Shown here: in pieces, positions 19,304-29,735 of the stretch | Position numbering within the stretch: position 1 is the first letter of the stretch | Layout of the letters: each line of letters opens with the position of its first letter | Source of the DNA: an uncultured OCS116 cluster bacterium | GTDB taxonomy: Bacteria; Pseudomonadota; Alphaproteobacteria; Rhizobiales; TMED25 | Direction: 5' to 3' | Length of the DNA: 64,000 bases | Assembly (NCBI GenBank): GCA_902613795.1 | Contig: CACMIP010000004.1 | Span: 25,862-89,861 of the forward strand | Made by a program: the position numbers and the translations under genes | The notes under the pieces: generated by a model | Seen by the model: only the letters and a program-made list of their open reading frames with translations | What the model was told of the DNA's origin: nothing | Databases searched by the model: none

Positions 19304-20101
19304 CTAAGCTTTATCCCAATATTCCTTTATTTTCGGGTATGCGTCCTTACCGTTTTGAGCCCTTTGATCTGCAGTAACGTCCCCCCAATCATATATTGCT
19401 TTTTTATATGCAGGTCTTGTTTTAATTTTTTCATACCACTGATCAAGATTTTTTAGATCTTTCCATAAAGGTCTCATCATAAAGGAGTCCAATCTGTGTA
19501 GGTAAACGACAAATGAGATATCTGCTAAAGAATACTTATCTCCAGCAAGCCAAGTATTTTTACCTAAATATTCATTCATTTCTATGAATAGTGACTTGAA
19601 TTCAATCATTGCCTCTTCAAGAAGAGGTGACTCTATCCCCATCTCAATATTTATTTGATCATTTTTTTTGCGAACTTTGTCTTTCATTTCTTTGTAGTAT
19701 TTTTTAATCTGCCCTGGGTCTTTCTTTTTATAAATGTGTCTGTTCACGAGACATACACCAATTGTTCGACTTGCAACATGGATTCCTTCATCTATTTTAC
19801 GCATCCAGAGACGCATTTGGGCAAGATCTTTGGGCCATGATGGTTTTAATTTAGGATCTCCACCATATCTTTCCTCAAGATATTCGATAATTACTAAAGA
19901 CTCTGGTATTGCAAGGTTATCATCAATAATCACTGGGACAAGGCCTTTGGGATTTAGCTCATAAAAATTTTTCGGAAGCTGATCGATATCACCCAGCGCG
20001 GTATCTACAATTATGCTTTCCCATGGAATAGATTTTTCTTCGAGACAAAGACGTACTCTCTGAGCTGCACTGGTTCTGTCGTAATGAAAAAGAGTGAGCA
20101 T
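19304..20101 (-). CDS. glutathione S-transferase family protein
   Basis: RVRLCLEEK, LNPKGLVPV, ESLVIIEYL, WLAGDKYSLADI, RPAY. Confidence 0.9.
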   Translation of the reverse strand: MLTLFHYDRTSAAQRVRLCLEEKSIPWESIIVDTALGDIDQLPKNFYELNPKGLVPVIIDDNLAIPESLVIIEYLEERYGGDPKLKPSWPKDLAQMRLWMRKIDEGIHVASRTIGVCLVNRHIYKKKDPGQIKKYYKEMKDKVRKKNDQINIEMGIESPLLEEAMIEFKSLFIEMNEYLGKNTWLAGDKYSLADISFVVYLHRLDSFMMRPLWKDLKNLDQWYEKIKTRPAYKKAIYDWGDVTADQRAQNGKDAYPKIKEYWDKA

Positions 20102-20103
20102 TA

Positions 20104-21582
20104 TTAGATTTCTTTTGATGGAGTATTTAGGTTTATACTAATATTTTTTCTTTGAGTGAAGCTATCGAGCATACCTTCAAGTGAAAATTCACGGCCAATA
20201 CCCGATTGTTTAAATCCACCATATGAGTGTCCAGGGGCTTGCGCCAGGCCTTGATTAACCTGTACCCAGCCAGATTCAATTGCATGAGCTGCATTTATGC
20301 CTCTAGTAATATCTCGAGTCCAAACATATGCGGCTAAGCCGTAGTGACTCTGATTTGCCATTCTTATGACTTCTTCTTCGTCATCCCATGGGATTGCAAC
20401 AAGGACGGGACCAAAAATTTCTTCCTTCGCAAGACGCCATTCATTTGATTTATTTCTGAAGATAGTTGGTATTGTAAAATACCCTTCGCTAAGGGGGCCA
20501 TCTTCAGGAGGCAGACCTCCACAAATAACTTCTGTATTTTTATTATTTAAACCGTCAGAAATATAGTCACAAACTTTTGTAAATTGTTTGTTATTTATGA
20601 TAGTGCCTATGTCAGTATCATCATCGAGTGGGTTGCCGATGATTAGTTTATCAAGTTTTTCTGACAGTTTACCAATAAAGCTGTCAAATATTTTTTTGTG
20701 TAGGAATAATCTTGAGCCTGCTGTACAAGACTGGCTTTGCCTTGTAAATCTCATGGCGCCAATAATTCCATCAACTGTCCAATCTTCATTTACATCTGGA
20801 TAAACTATTGAAGGACTTTTTCCTCCGAGCTCAAGAGACACTGGCAGTATCCTCTCAGCAGCTGCCCTCATTACCAGCTTTCCAACTCCAGTTGATCCCG
20901 TGAAGGATAATTTATTTATTTCAGGGTGATATGCAAGCGGCTCACCACATTCAGGACCAGTTCCTGTTAGAAGGTTTAGAACACCCGGCGGTATGAATTT
21001 TTGACAAATCTCAGCAACTTTTAGAATTGCCAACGGGGCATCTTCAGCGGCCTTCATTACAATTGTATTGCCTGCACATAATGCGGGTGCAATTTTGCAT
21101 GCACCAAGCATGACCGGAGCATTCCAAGGAATTATTGCACCGACTACACCTAAGGGTTCACGCCTGGTATAACTCAACACATGTTCTCCAAGTGGGATGG
21201 TTTCACCTTTCAATTCAGAGGATAATCCACCAAAATATCTAAATATATCAACAACAAGATTAATCTCTGGCCTTGCTTGGGTCTTTATTGCATTTCCAGT
21301 TTCAGTTGCAATAATTTTTGCAATATCTTCTTTTTCAATTTCTATAGCATCAGCAATTTGGAGAAGTATTTTTCCTCTCTCTTTAGGCATTACTTTTGAC
21401 CACGATCTGAATGCTTTCAGAGATGATTTTACAGCGATATCAACGTCAGCCTCATTACCCCGTGGAACACTAGCAAATATCCTCTTGTTTGCAGGGCATT
21501 CAATTTCAATTGTCTTTTCTGTTATGCTATTTGTATACTTACCGTCTATGATCATTTGATGATTTATTATTTTCTGACTCAT
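20104..21582 (-). CDS. aldehyde dehydrogenase
   Basis: IIPWNAP, FTGSTGVG, LELGGKSP, QSCTAGSR, EEIFGPV. Confidence 0.95.
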   Translation of the reverse strand: MSQKIINHQMIIDGKYTNSITEKTIEIECPANKRIFASVPRGNEADVDIAVKSSLKAFRSWSKVMPKERGKILLQIADAIEIEKEDIAKIIATETGNAIKTQARPEINLVVDIFRYFGGLSSELKGETIPLGEHVLSYTRREPLGVVGAIIPWNAPVMLGACKIAPALCAGNTIVMKAAEDAPLAILKVAEICQKFIPPGVLNLLTGTGPECGEPLAYHPEINKLSFTGSTGVGKLVMRAAAERILPVSLELGGKSPSIVYPDVNEDWTVDGIIGAMRFTRQSQSCTAGSRLFLHKKIFDSFIGKLSEKLDKLIIGNPLDDDTDIGTIINNKQFTKVCDYISDGLNNKNTEVICGGLPPEDGPLSEGYFTIPTIFRNKSNEWRLAKEEIFGPVLVAIPWDDEEEVIRMANQSHYGLAAYVWTRDITRGINAAHAIESGWVQVNQGLAQAPGHSYGGFKQSGIGREFSLEGMLDSFTQRKNISINLNTPSKEI

Positions 21583-21633
21583 CCTCTCCTCAGCATTTTT
21601 TAACTTTATGGTATCATATACGTACAGTTTATT

Positions 21634-22038
21634 TTAATCAATTGCTTGGTTCACAGTTTTACAAATATTCTCCTTGCATTCCATTTGCTTCATTATTTGA
21701 TTATTGGAGTCATAAATTAGTCTGACACCATTCATCTTTCCATTTTCATAATTTATTTCTGATTTTTTAGTTGAGTCAATATTGTAGAAAGTCCATACGC
21801 CCTCTTTTAGTCCATCTTTATAATTACCTTCATACCAAACGGTATTATTAATATCCCAGATACACAAACTTTTCCCTGTATAAGGTTTCTTAGATTCTTT
21901 TAAAAATAGAACTCCATCTCTTTTTATGCCATCGAGATCATCACATATTGTTTTTGAATTGACTACAGCAATAAAAATGAGGATCAGCATCACAAAAAAG
22001 AAAAGTAAGTATTGGGTATTTTTTTTGAGTTTAATCAA
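21634..22038 (-). CDS. membrane-anchored MORN-variant/YwqK-like repeat protein
   Basis: N-terminal TM; PYTG, EGNYKDGLKEG.W..Y, YENGKMNG repeats. Confidence 0.65.
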   Translation of the reverse strand: MIKLKKNTQYLLFFFVMLILIFIAVVNSKTICDDLDGIKRDGVLFLKESKKPYTGKSLCIWDINNTVWYEGNYKDGLKEGVWTFYNIDSTKKSEINYENGKMNGVRLIYDSNNQIMKQMECKENICKTVNQAID

Positions 22039-22670
22039 TATTCCACAAGCTCATCATCTATTACCTGCCAAAGATACCATGTGGCTACAGTCCGATACGG
22101 GCGCCATTTATTTGATATTTGATTAATTTTCTCAATTTGATTGATTTTCTCAAAATGATCTAGGTTATAAACTTTTTTTATGGCATTAATTAGGCCAATA
22201 TCTCCGAGTGGTAGAATATCCGGACTCATTTTAAAGAATATAAGGAACATCTCTATTGTCCAAGGGCCTACACCTTTAATGCTAATAAGGTTGGACTTTA
22301 TGGTTTCTTCATTAGCGTCTAAAAAATACTCGTTTGTCGATTTATTTGGATTTTCTATGAAATATTTTGATATGTTGCACAAATAATCTATTTTTTGACG
22401 TGAAAGCCCAGTTTCTCTGAGTGCTTGTTTGTCGATGGATAGAAGCATATTAGGAGAAACATCTGCTTGTAAGAGTTTTAAGAGCTTATTATGTATACTC
22501 TCCGCCGCTTTGACTGAGATTTGTTGTCCAACAATCGATTTCAGTAGTGTCCCAAAGGGGTCTTTTCTTGATTTAAGGATATTTTTTTGATTTCGTTCAA
22601 TAACTGATTTGAGGATTGCATCTTCTTTTTTGAGCTTAATGATGGCTCTTTTCCAGTATTCAGGTTCCAT
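22035..22670 (-). CDS. alkA: DNA-3-methyladenine glycosylase II (AlkA family)
   Basis: SIVGQQIS.KAA, GLSRQK, IKGVGPWT.EMFLIF, W.PYRT.A..YLW. Confidence 0.88.
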   Translation of the reverse strand: MEPEYWKRAIIKLKKEDAILKSVIERNQKNILKSRKDPFGTLLKSIVGQQISVKAAESIHNKLLKLLQADVSPNMLLSIDKQALRETGLSRQKIDYLCNISKYFIENPNKSTNEYFLDANEETIKSNLISIKGVGPWTIEMFLIFFKMSPDILPLGDIGLINAIKKVYNLDHFEKINQIEKINQISNKWRPYRTVATWYLWQVIDDELVEY

Positions 22671-22698
22671 CTGCTGATCGCATTAAAGTGAAGTTGTA

Positions 22699-23142
22699 TT
22701 ACTCATCATCACTTTTTGGGGTGATAATCAAATCTGATTCTTCGATGTCGTCTTCTTCAACCAGAAAGTCATTATCGTCATCTTCAATCAACTCTTCATT
22801 TTCTATATCTGGTATATCAATATCATTTTCATTTATTAGTTCTTCTTCAGACTCTTCGTCAAGGATATCGTCATCCATGATAATTGGATTATCATCTTCA
22901 ATGACCCCATCTTCAAGGTTATTGTCCAGCGACTCTTTTTCTGGCTCTAACTCCGTTTCATCTTGGATAATTTCATCAACAACAGGAGTCTCTTTGGCTT
23001 GCGATTGAGCTTGTTGATCATCTGAAGTAAGTTTGACTTCCTTACTACATGCGGGACAGATTATTTCAAGCTTGTTGAGATCATAAAACTTAACGCCACA
23101 ATCTAGACACGTATGTTTATTTCCTAATTCAGCTCTGCCCAC
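22699..23142 (-). CDS. TIGR02300/FYDLN acid-domain protein
   Basis: LGNKHTC..CG.KFYDLN...CP.C followed by an acidic tail; divergent from aroA. Confidence 0.92.
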   Translation of the reverse strand: MGRAELGNKHTCLDCGVKFYDLNKLEIICPACSKEVKLTSDDQQAQSQAKETPVVDEIIQDETELEPEKESLDNNLEDGVIEDDNPIIMDDDILDEESEEELINENDIDIPDIENEELIEDDDNDFLVEEDDIEESDLIITPKSDDE

Positions 23143-23222
23143 TACAACCCCTTTTTATATTTAATGCCAATTTAATACTATGTTATAATATTTACCATTA
23201 TAGTATCTACATTTATATACAC

Positions 23223-24572
23223 ATGATCATGAAAATAAACAACAAAAATAATCCAGTCATTGTCGAGAGATCGAATGCGTTATCTGGAAGTATCGACACA
23301 CCTAGTGATAAATCTATTTCACATAGGGCTTTAATTCTTGGCTCGCTATGCATTGGTGAAACGAAAATTCATAATTTACTTTTGTCGGAAGATATTATTT
23401 CCACAATTTGCGCTTTGGAGCAGTTTGGTGCAAGTATAAATGTGAGCGAAGAGCATAATATCACAAGCATATACGGTATTGGTATTGGTGGGTTATTACA
23501 GCCCAATAAAAAAATTTATTTAGGAAATTCAGGTACTTCCGTAAGATTGCTTATTGGCCTTATGTCCAGCTGTGATGTTTGTGTAGAGTTTGAGGGTGAC
23601 GCGTCACTATCTAAACGGCCAATGGGTAGAGTATTAGATCCCTTAAGAGAAATTGGTTTAGAAATACTGAGCAATGAGAGAGAAAATTTACCATTAAAGC
23701 TAAAAGGTACGGCTTTACCTGTTCCTATAAATCATAAGCTTGTTGTGCCATCAGCTCAAATAAAGTCAGCTTTAATGCTCGCAGCCTTAAACATTAGAGG
23801 GTGCTCAACAATAATTGAAACAATTAAAACTCGCGACCATACGGAGAAGTTATTTGAGTATTTTGGCGCAGATATTCAAGTAAAGTTGAATGATATGGGC
23901 CAAAAGGAAATTATGATAAGAGGGCAAAAATCTCTCTCTCCAAAAGAGATAGATATTCCTGGTGACCCAAGCTCAGCCGCATTTTTTATTGTTGCAGCCC
24001 TCATATCAAAAGGTTCTAAGCTAAGGATAAAAAATGTAATGATAAATCCGACAAGGTCGCTATTTATTGACTACTTGATCTCTATGGGGGCGAAGATAGA
24101 CTTCTTGGATAAATATTCAAAATGTGGAGAAGAGATTGCCGATATTGATGTTAGTGCAAGTGAATTAAAAGGGGTTACAACAAGCTTGAATGATGCCCCA
24201 TCAATTATTGATGAATTTCTAATATTATCCGTTGCAGCCGCCTATGCAAAGGGTGAGAGTAGATTCTGTGGGGTTTCTGAATTAAAGGTAAAAGAGAGCG
24301 ATCGCCTTGAAGCGATAATTAATATGTTGACAGCCTCAGGTGTTAAGTGCCAAACAAAGGATGATGATCTCATAATATATGGGAATGGTGAAGTCCCTGG
24401 CGGCTCCGACATTAAGTCGAATTATGATCATCGTGTGGCTATGTCAGCATTGATTCTGGGGCTTGGTTCAAAAAGTCAAATTCGGATTGATGATGTTTCC
24501 CCTATAGCAACAAGTTTTCCAAATTTTACGGAAATTTATCATAAAATAGGAGGAAACTTTCATAGTGGATGA
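23223..24572 (+). CDS. aroA: EPSP synthase
   Basis: DKSISHR, GNSGT, SAQIKSA, RDHTE, PGDPSSA, KESDR, DHR.AMS. Confidence 0.97.
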   Translation: MIMKINNKNNPVIVERSNALSGSIDTPSDKSISHRALILGSLCIGETKIHNLLLSEDIISTICALEQFGASINVSEEHNITSIYGIGIGGLLQPNKKIYLGNSGTSVRLLIGLMSSCDVCVEFEGDASLSKRPMGRVLDPLREIGLEILSNERENLPLKLKGTALPVPINHKLVVPSAQIKSALMLAALNIRGCSTIIETIKTRDHTEKLFEYFGADIQVKLNDMGQKEIMIRGQKSLSPKEIDIPGDPSSAAFFIVAALISKGSKLRIKNVMINPTRSLFIDYLISMGAKIDFLDKYSKCGEEIADIDVSASELKGVTTSLNDAPSIIDEFLILSVAAAYAKGESRFCGVSELKVKESDRLEAIINMLTASGVKCQTKDDDLIIYGNGEVPGGSDIKSNYDHRVAMSALILGLGSKSQIRIDDVSPIATSFPNFTEIYHKIGGNFHSG

Positions 24573-25188
24573 AAAATTAATTATTGCAATTGATGGTCCC
24601 GCGGCAAGCGGTAAAGGCACGGTTGCAAAAAAAATTGCAAAAATTTTCAACTTACCCCACTTAGACTCTGGTCAGCTATACAGGTATATTGCTCATCTTG
24701 CTATAAAGAACACAATCAATCCAAATAATAAGCCTGCACTCATAGAGCTTACAAGTAGAATTGAGTTTGACATCACTGAAATTGAAGATTTAAGGAGTGA
24801 TGAAATATCAACCGTTGCCTCAATTATATCACAATATCGTGAAATTCGCGAACAACTAATAGAGTATCAAAGAGACTTTGCATCAAACGGAGCCGTTGTT
24901 GATGGCAGAGACATTGGGACTATAATTTTTCCGAATGCTGATTATAAATTTTATATAACTGCATCATTGGATCAAAGAACAGAAAGAAGATACCTGCAAC
25001 TAAAGAAGGATAATGCCGAAATAGATAGAAATAATATCAAAAATGATATAAACAATAGGGATCTCAGGGATATCAATAGAAAAATTGCTCCCCTTCAGAA
25101 AGCAGGGGATGCAATTGAGATTGACACAACTGAGATGAAAATTGACGATGTAATTGACTTTATTGTAAAATACATACATAAAGGTTAA
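24565..25188 (+). CDS. cmk: cytidylate kinase
   Basis: IAIDGPAASGKGT, DGRDIGT. Confidence 0.97.
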   Translation: MDEKLIIAIDGPAASGKGTVAKKIAKIFNLPHLDSGQLYRYIAHLAIKNTINPNNKPALIELTSRIEFDITEIEDLRSDEISTVASIISQYREIREQLIEYQRDFASNGAVVDGRDIGTIIFPNADYKFYITASLDQRTERRYLQLKKDNAEIDRNNIKNDINNRDLRDINRKIAPLQKAGDAIEIDTTEMKIDDVIDFIVKYIHKG

Positions 25189-25218
25189 AATTCTATGTGA
25201 ATTGGAGAATATACATAA

Positions 25219-27051
25219 ATGGTAAAAAAAGAACTTGATAAGTTAAATCCGTCTGTTGATGATTTCGCAGCTTTGCTTGAAGAAAGTATGAGTAAAATAA
25301 ATCTCTCTGAAGGAACTGTAATAAAAGGTAAGGTAACCGCTGTCGAGAATGATTTTGTAATAGTTGATGTTGGTCTCAAAACAGAAGGCAGGATACCTAC
25401 ACGAGAATTCAAATCAGCATCTGGTCCAAGTATCCCTGAGATAGGTGATGATGTTGATGTTTACTTAGACAGAGTTGAAAATTCAAATGGAGAAGCTGTA
25501 TTAAGCAGAGAAAAAGCAAGAAGACAGGAAAGCTGGAATAATCTAGAGAAACTGCATGCGGATGGCGTTCGAGTCGAGGGAGTGATTTTTGGCCGAGTAA
25601 AGGGCGGCTTCACTGTAGATCTGGATGGTGCAATCGCATTCCTTCCAGGAAGCCAAGTTGATATCAAACCTGTTAGAGATATAGGTGGCATGCTGAATGT
25701 ATCTCAACCATTCCAAATCTTAAAAATGGATAGGAAAAGAGGTAATATTGTTGTGTCAAGGAGGGCAATTATTGAAGACTCAAAAGGTGATTATAATCCT
25801 GAGCTGGCTGATAATCTTGAGGAGGGTCAGATCCTTGATGGTATTGTCAAAAATATAACAGACTATGGGGCATTTATTGACCTTGGCGGGATGGATGGTT
25901 TGTTGCATGTAACAGATATCTCTTGGAAAAGAGTTAATCATCCAAGTGATTTATTAAAGATTGGTCAATCGGTCAAAGTTCAAGTTACCAAAATAAATGC
26001 AGAAAGTAAAAGAGTAAGCCTTGGAATGAAGCAGCTTGAAGCTGACCCATGGGAGGGTATTGCTGAAAAATATCCAATAAATACAAAATTAAAGGGTAAC
26101 GTTACCAATATTACGGATTACGGCGCTTTTGTTGAAATTGAACCCGGTATCGAGGGTCTTACACATGTCTCAGAAATGAGTTGGACAAAGAAAAATATTC
26201 ATCCCGGTAAGATTGTATCAAGCTCACAAGAGGTAGAGGTTGTGATCTTAGAAATAGATCATGAAAAAAGAAGAATTTCTCTTGGTATGAAGCAGTGCGT
26301 AGAGAATCCATGGGCAAAATTTGCAGAGAATTATCCCATTGGCTCAGTTATAAGCGGAGAGGTAAAGAATGCAACTGAATTTGGTTTATTTGTAGGACTA
26401 GAGGGTGATCTTGACGGTATGATTCACTTATCAGATTTAGATTGGAATGAAAAGCCTGAAGTCTCTCTTGAGAGGCATGTAAAGGGAGAGACAATCGATG
26501 TTAAGGTTCTTGATATTGATGTTGAAAAAGAGAGAATAAGCCTTGGTGTTAAGCAATTGTCTGACGATCCTTATTCTGGCCTCAGCCAAATTAAAAAAGG
26601 AGATACAGTCACATGCTATATAACAAATATTCGTGATGGTGGTCTGGACGTTACAATTGGCAAGGATGGAGCCCCAAGTTCGATTAAGAGAACAGATTTA
26701 TCCGTAGATAAGTCGGAACAGAAACCAGACAGGTTTGATGTCGGTGAGATGGTTGATGCAAAGGTAACGCAAATAGATGCAAAAAATAATAAACTTACAT
26801 TATCAATAAAAAGTTTGCAAATTGATCAAGAAAAAGAGGCGGTAGAACAATACGGATCTGCAGACTCTGGTGCTTCACTGGGGGATATCTTGGGTGAAGC
26901 ATTAAATATAGCCAACGACCAGGAGGTAATGGAATCGCTTACAGACTCATCAGATACGCCAAAGAAAACTGTGAAGAAAGCAAAACCAAAAGCTGAAAAA
27001 AAAGATGCAGAAAAGGAAGAAAAAACAAAAGCCTCAAAGGCTTCAAAATAA
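25219..27051 (+). CDS. rpsA: 30S ribosomal protein S1
   Basis: Repeated S1 domains (DVGLKTEG, KNITDYGAF.DL, DGLLHVTD); Lys-rich C-terminal extension. Confidence 0.98.
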   Translation: MVKKELDKLNPSVDDFAALLEESMSKINLSEGTVIKGKVTAVENDFVIVDVGLKTEGRIPTREFKSASGPSIPEIGDDVDVYLDRVENSNGEAVLSREKARRQESWNNLEKLHADGVRVEGVIFGRVKGGFTVDLDGAIAFLPGSQVDIKPVRDIGGMLNVSQPFQILKMDRKRGNIVVSRRAIIEDSKGDYNPELADNLEEGQILDGIVKNITDYGAFIDLGGMDGLLHVTDISWKRVNHPSDLLKIGQSVKVQVTKINAESKRVSLGMKQLEADPWEGIAEKYPINTKLKGNVTNITDYGAFVEIEPGIEGLTHVSEMSWTKKNIHPGKIVSSSQEVEVVILEIDHEKRRISLGMKQCVENPWAKFAENYPIGSVISGEVKNATEFGLFVGLEGDLDGMIHLSDLDWNEKPEVSLERHVKGETIDVKVLDIDVEKERISLGVKQLSDDPYSGLSQIKKGDTVTCYITNIRDGGLDVTIGKDGAPSSIKRTDLSVDKSEQKPDRFDVGEMVDAKVTQIDAKNNKLTLSIKSLQIDQEKEAVEQYGSADSGASLGDILGEALNIANDQEVMESLTDSSDTPKKTVKKAKPKAEKKDAEKEEKTKASKASK

Positions 27052-27105
27052 AAAAATCAAATATGGGATAACTTATGATAACGTCTGAAGCCAAAAAGTG
27101 ATTAA

Positions 27106-28044
27106 ATGGTCTTCAATAACTCAGTAGAAATAAAATGGTACCGCAGAAAGCTATTTTTATGGCGAATCTTTTCGTTCTTTTTAGTACTGTCTCTCCTGTA
27201 TATCGTTTTTAACAACCCAAAAACAAATATTAGCTCGAAGCCACACATCGCAAATTACACTATTAGTGGTTTACTTGTAGATGCGGACCAAATTTTAGAA
27301 GATTTGGAGTATTTAGAATTTGAAGATGACGTTAAAGCAATAATTATTACTGTCGATAGTCCTGGCGGTACAACTGTTAGTGCAGAGGAGATCTTTTTAA
27401 AGATTAGATCTATATCATCAAATAAGCCAATAGTTGCAGTAATGAAGAATATTGCAACCTCCGGAGCATATTTATTTTCGATCGGAGCAGACAGAATATT
27501 TGCGCGCGAGAATACAATCACAGGATCAGTTGGTGTATTGCTACAATGGGCAAGGATTGATCAAGGACTTGAAAAACTTGGGATTGAGATGAAAGAGGTC
27601 AAGAGCGGTAAATTAAAGGCAGAGCCAGATCTATTTGGAGAGTCTGATGAAGAGGCAATGGCATTAACCCAAAAAATCGTTGATGAGACCTTTACATGGT
27701 TTCTTGATCTAGTTAAAGAACGCAGAAACGTTGAAGACTCTGCAATTAGTCAAATGTCAGATGGTAGAATATTCACTGGTAGGCAAGCTCTAGAATTAAA
27801 TTTGATTGACGAAATAGGTGGAAATAGGGAAGCTAAATTCTGGTTAATTGAAAATAGAGAAATAAATACTGATCTTGAAATATTGATCTATGACCAAAAT
27901 AAGTCTGCTAATTTTATTGAACTAAGTGTTGCAAAAATTATGGATTATTTTAATATAAATTCATCATACGGGGATAGTTTAAAAAATAATCTCTCACTGA
28001 TAAATATTGATGGTCTTTTATCCACTTGGCAGCATCCAAGTTGA
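27106..28044 (+). CDS. sppA: signal peptide peptidase SppA (S49)
   Basis: DSPGG, ATSGAY, TGSVGV, DGRIFTG.QA; between rpsA and ihfB. Confidence 0.92.
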   Translation: MVFNNSVEIKWYRRKLFLWRIFSFFLVLSLLYIVFNNPKTNISSKPHIANYTISGLLVDADQILEDLEYLEFEDDVKAIIITVDSPGGTTVSAEEIFLKIRSISSNKPIVAVMKNIATSGAYLFSIGADRIFARENTITGSVGVLLQWARIDQGLEKLGIEMKEVKSGKLKAEPDLFGESDEEAMALTQKIVDETFTWFLDLVKERRNVEDSAISQMSDGRIFTGRQALELNLIDEIGGNREAKFWLIENREINTDLEILIYDQNKSANFIELSVAKIMDYFNINSSYGDSLKNNLSLINIDGLLSTWQHPS

Positions 28045-28061
28045 CAACTCCCGGAGAAAAT

Positions 28062-28346
28062 ATGAAGAAATCAGAATTAATCGACCAATTAGCAAAGGAT
28101 TATCCTCACTTATATCACAGGGATATCGAAAAAGTAGTCGACGTATTTTATAATTCAATTTCTGAAGCATTAGCTAATGGTCAAAGAGTGGAGCTGAGAG
28201 GATTTGGTGCATTCTCTACAAAAGAAAGAGGTCCACGGATAGGAAGAAATCCAAAAAACGGTGAGAGAGTGGCGGTGCCAAGGAAAAAGTCGGTATATTA
28301 CAAGCCTGGTAAAGAACTCAAGGAACGTATCAATAGTAGCAATTAA
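28062..28346 (+). CDS. ihfB: integration host factor subunit beta
   Basis: MKKSELI, RVELRGFGAF, GRNPK.GE, KPGKELKER; RBS ggaga before ATG 28062. Confidence 0.95.
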   Translation: MKKSELIDQLAKDYPHLYHRDIEKVVDVFYNSISEALANGQRVELRGFGAFSTKERGPRIGRNPKNGERVAVPRKKSVYYKPGKELKERINSSN

Positions 28347-28357
28347 TAATCTAATCA

Positions 28358-29089
28358 ATGAGGAGTGGTAATTTGAGTTTTAAAAATAAAAATGCCCTTT
28401 TCTGTGCTCTTGATATGAAAAGTATCGACCAAGCTTTGTCATTCACAAACATTATAAAAGATTACATAGATGGTATAAAGATTGGAATGGAAGCCTTTTA
28501 TTCAATGGGTATTGACGGTTACTTAAGATTACAAGATTTAAACATACCAATATTCCTGGATTTAAAATTACATGATATACCCAATACAGTAAACTCAGCA
28601 ATAAAATCCCTAATCCCACTTAATCCGTTTATGATTAATGTTCACATATCTGGAGGTGCTGTGATGCTAAGAGAAGCAGTTAGTGCAATTCATGAAAGTA
28701 AAGATAACAAGCCAAAAATTGTGGGGGTAACAATATTGACTAGCATGAATGAGTCTAGCTTTGAAGAACAAGGTATGAAGCTTAATATTCAAGATCAGGT
28801 AATCAATCTTGCAACTTTAGCCGCTGATTGCGGACTTGATGGCGTTGTTTGCAGCGCGCATGAGGCAGGTAAGGTAAAAAGTAAATGCGGCAAGGATTTT
28901 TTAACAGTTGTTCCGGGTATTCGGCTAGAAAAAAAACAATCTGACGATCAAAAAAGAACTCTTACACCATATGAAGCTGTTCGTAATGGTGCGGACATTC
29001 TAGTAGTTGGAAGACCCCTAACAAAAGCAAGTGATCCACTGGAAGTTGCCAAAATAATTAGAAAGAATATCGACGATTATGGGAGTTAA
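28358..29089 (+). CDS. pyrF: orotidine-5'-phosphate decarboxylase
   Basis: FLDLKLHDIPNTV, VPGIR, VVGRP. Confidence 0.97.
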   Translation: MRSGNLSFKNKNALFCALDMKSIDQALSFTNIIKDYIDGIKIGMEAFYSMGIDGYLRLQDLNIPIFLDLKLHDIPNTVNSAIKSLIPLNPFMINVHISGGAVMLREAVSAIHESKDNKPKIVGVTILTSMNESSFEEQGMKLNIQDQVINLATLAADCGLDGVVCSAHEAGKVKSKCGKDFLTVVPGIRLEKKQSDDQKRTLTPYEAVRNGADILVVGRPLTKASDPLEVAKIIRKNIDDYGS

Positions 29090-29732
29090 AATAAAAATTT
29101 GTGGTATCAGTGAAGAAGATAATATCAAGTGTTGTATCGATAATTCGATAGATATGATCGGGTTTGTGTTCTTTGAAAATAGCCCACGTAACATTTCAAT
29201 TTCAAAAGCCAAAAATTTGTATCGAGAGTTTGGTCGTGAAATTGATATAGTAGGGCTTGTTGTTGATCCCCACGAAAGCCTAGTAGAGAAAATAGTAAAT
29301 GAAATTGGGATAAATATTCTACAATTCCATGGTAATGAAAACTTAGGTAAATTACTAACGTTAAAATTGAAATATAATATACAAATTATTAAGGCTATAA
29401 ATATAAATAAGAGTACTGATAAAGCCCAATTGATTGAACTTCACAATAATATGGATTATTTATTATTTGATGCTCCACCACCAGAAGACTCTTTAAGACC
29501 TGGTGGCAACGGTAATCATTTTGATTGGAATTTAATTAAAAACTTTGAAATGGACTCTAATTGGATACTATCAGGAGGGCTAAGTCCTGAAAATATTGGT
29601 GATGCCATTAAAATCTCAGGTGCAAATTTTGTTGATGTTTCATCGGGAGTTGAGAATAATGTTGGCATCAAAGATAATGATTTGATAACAAAATTTATTT
29701 ATAATGCAAGAAATCAGATGGAGAAAAATTAA
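29079..29732 (+). CDS. trpF: phosphoribosylanthranilate isomerase
   Basis: KICGI, QFHGNE, LSGGL, VDVSSGVE. Confidence 0.95.
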   Translation: MGVKIKICGISEEDNIKCCIDNSIDMIGFVFFENSPRNISISKAKNLYREFGREIDIVGLVVDPHESLVEKIVNEIGINILQFHGNENLGKLLTLKLKYNIQIIKAININKSTDKAQLIELHNNMDYLLFDAPPPEDSLRPGGNGNHFDWNLIKNFEMDSNWILSGGLSPENIGDAIKISGANFVDVSSGVENNVGIKDNDLITKFIYNARNQMEKN

Positions 29733-29735
29733 GAG

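Noticed and set aside
21634-22038. YwqK-like protein as the antitoxin of a toxin-antitoxin system
   Set aside because: No adjacent toxin; an N-terminal TM plus MORN-variant repeats are common in non-TA proteins.
22688-23008. 106-aa Ser-rich ORF on the + strand
   Set aside because: Antisense shadow of the Asp/Glu-rich tail of the FYDLN gene.
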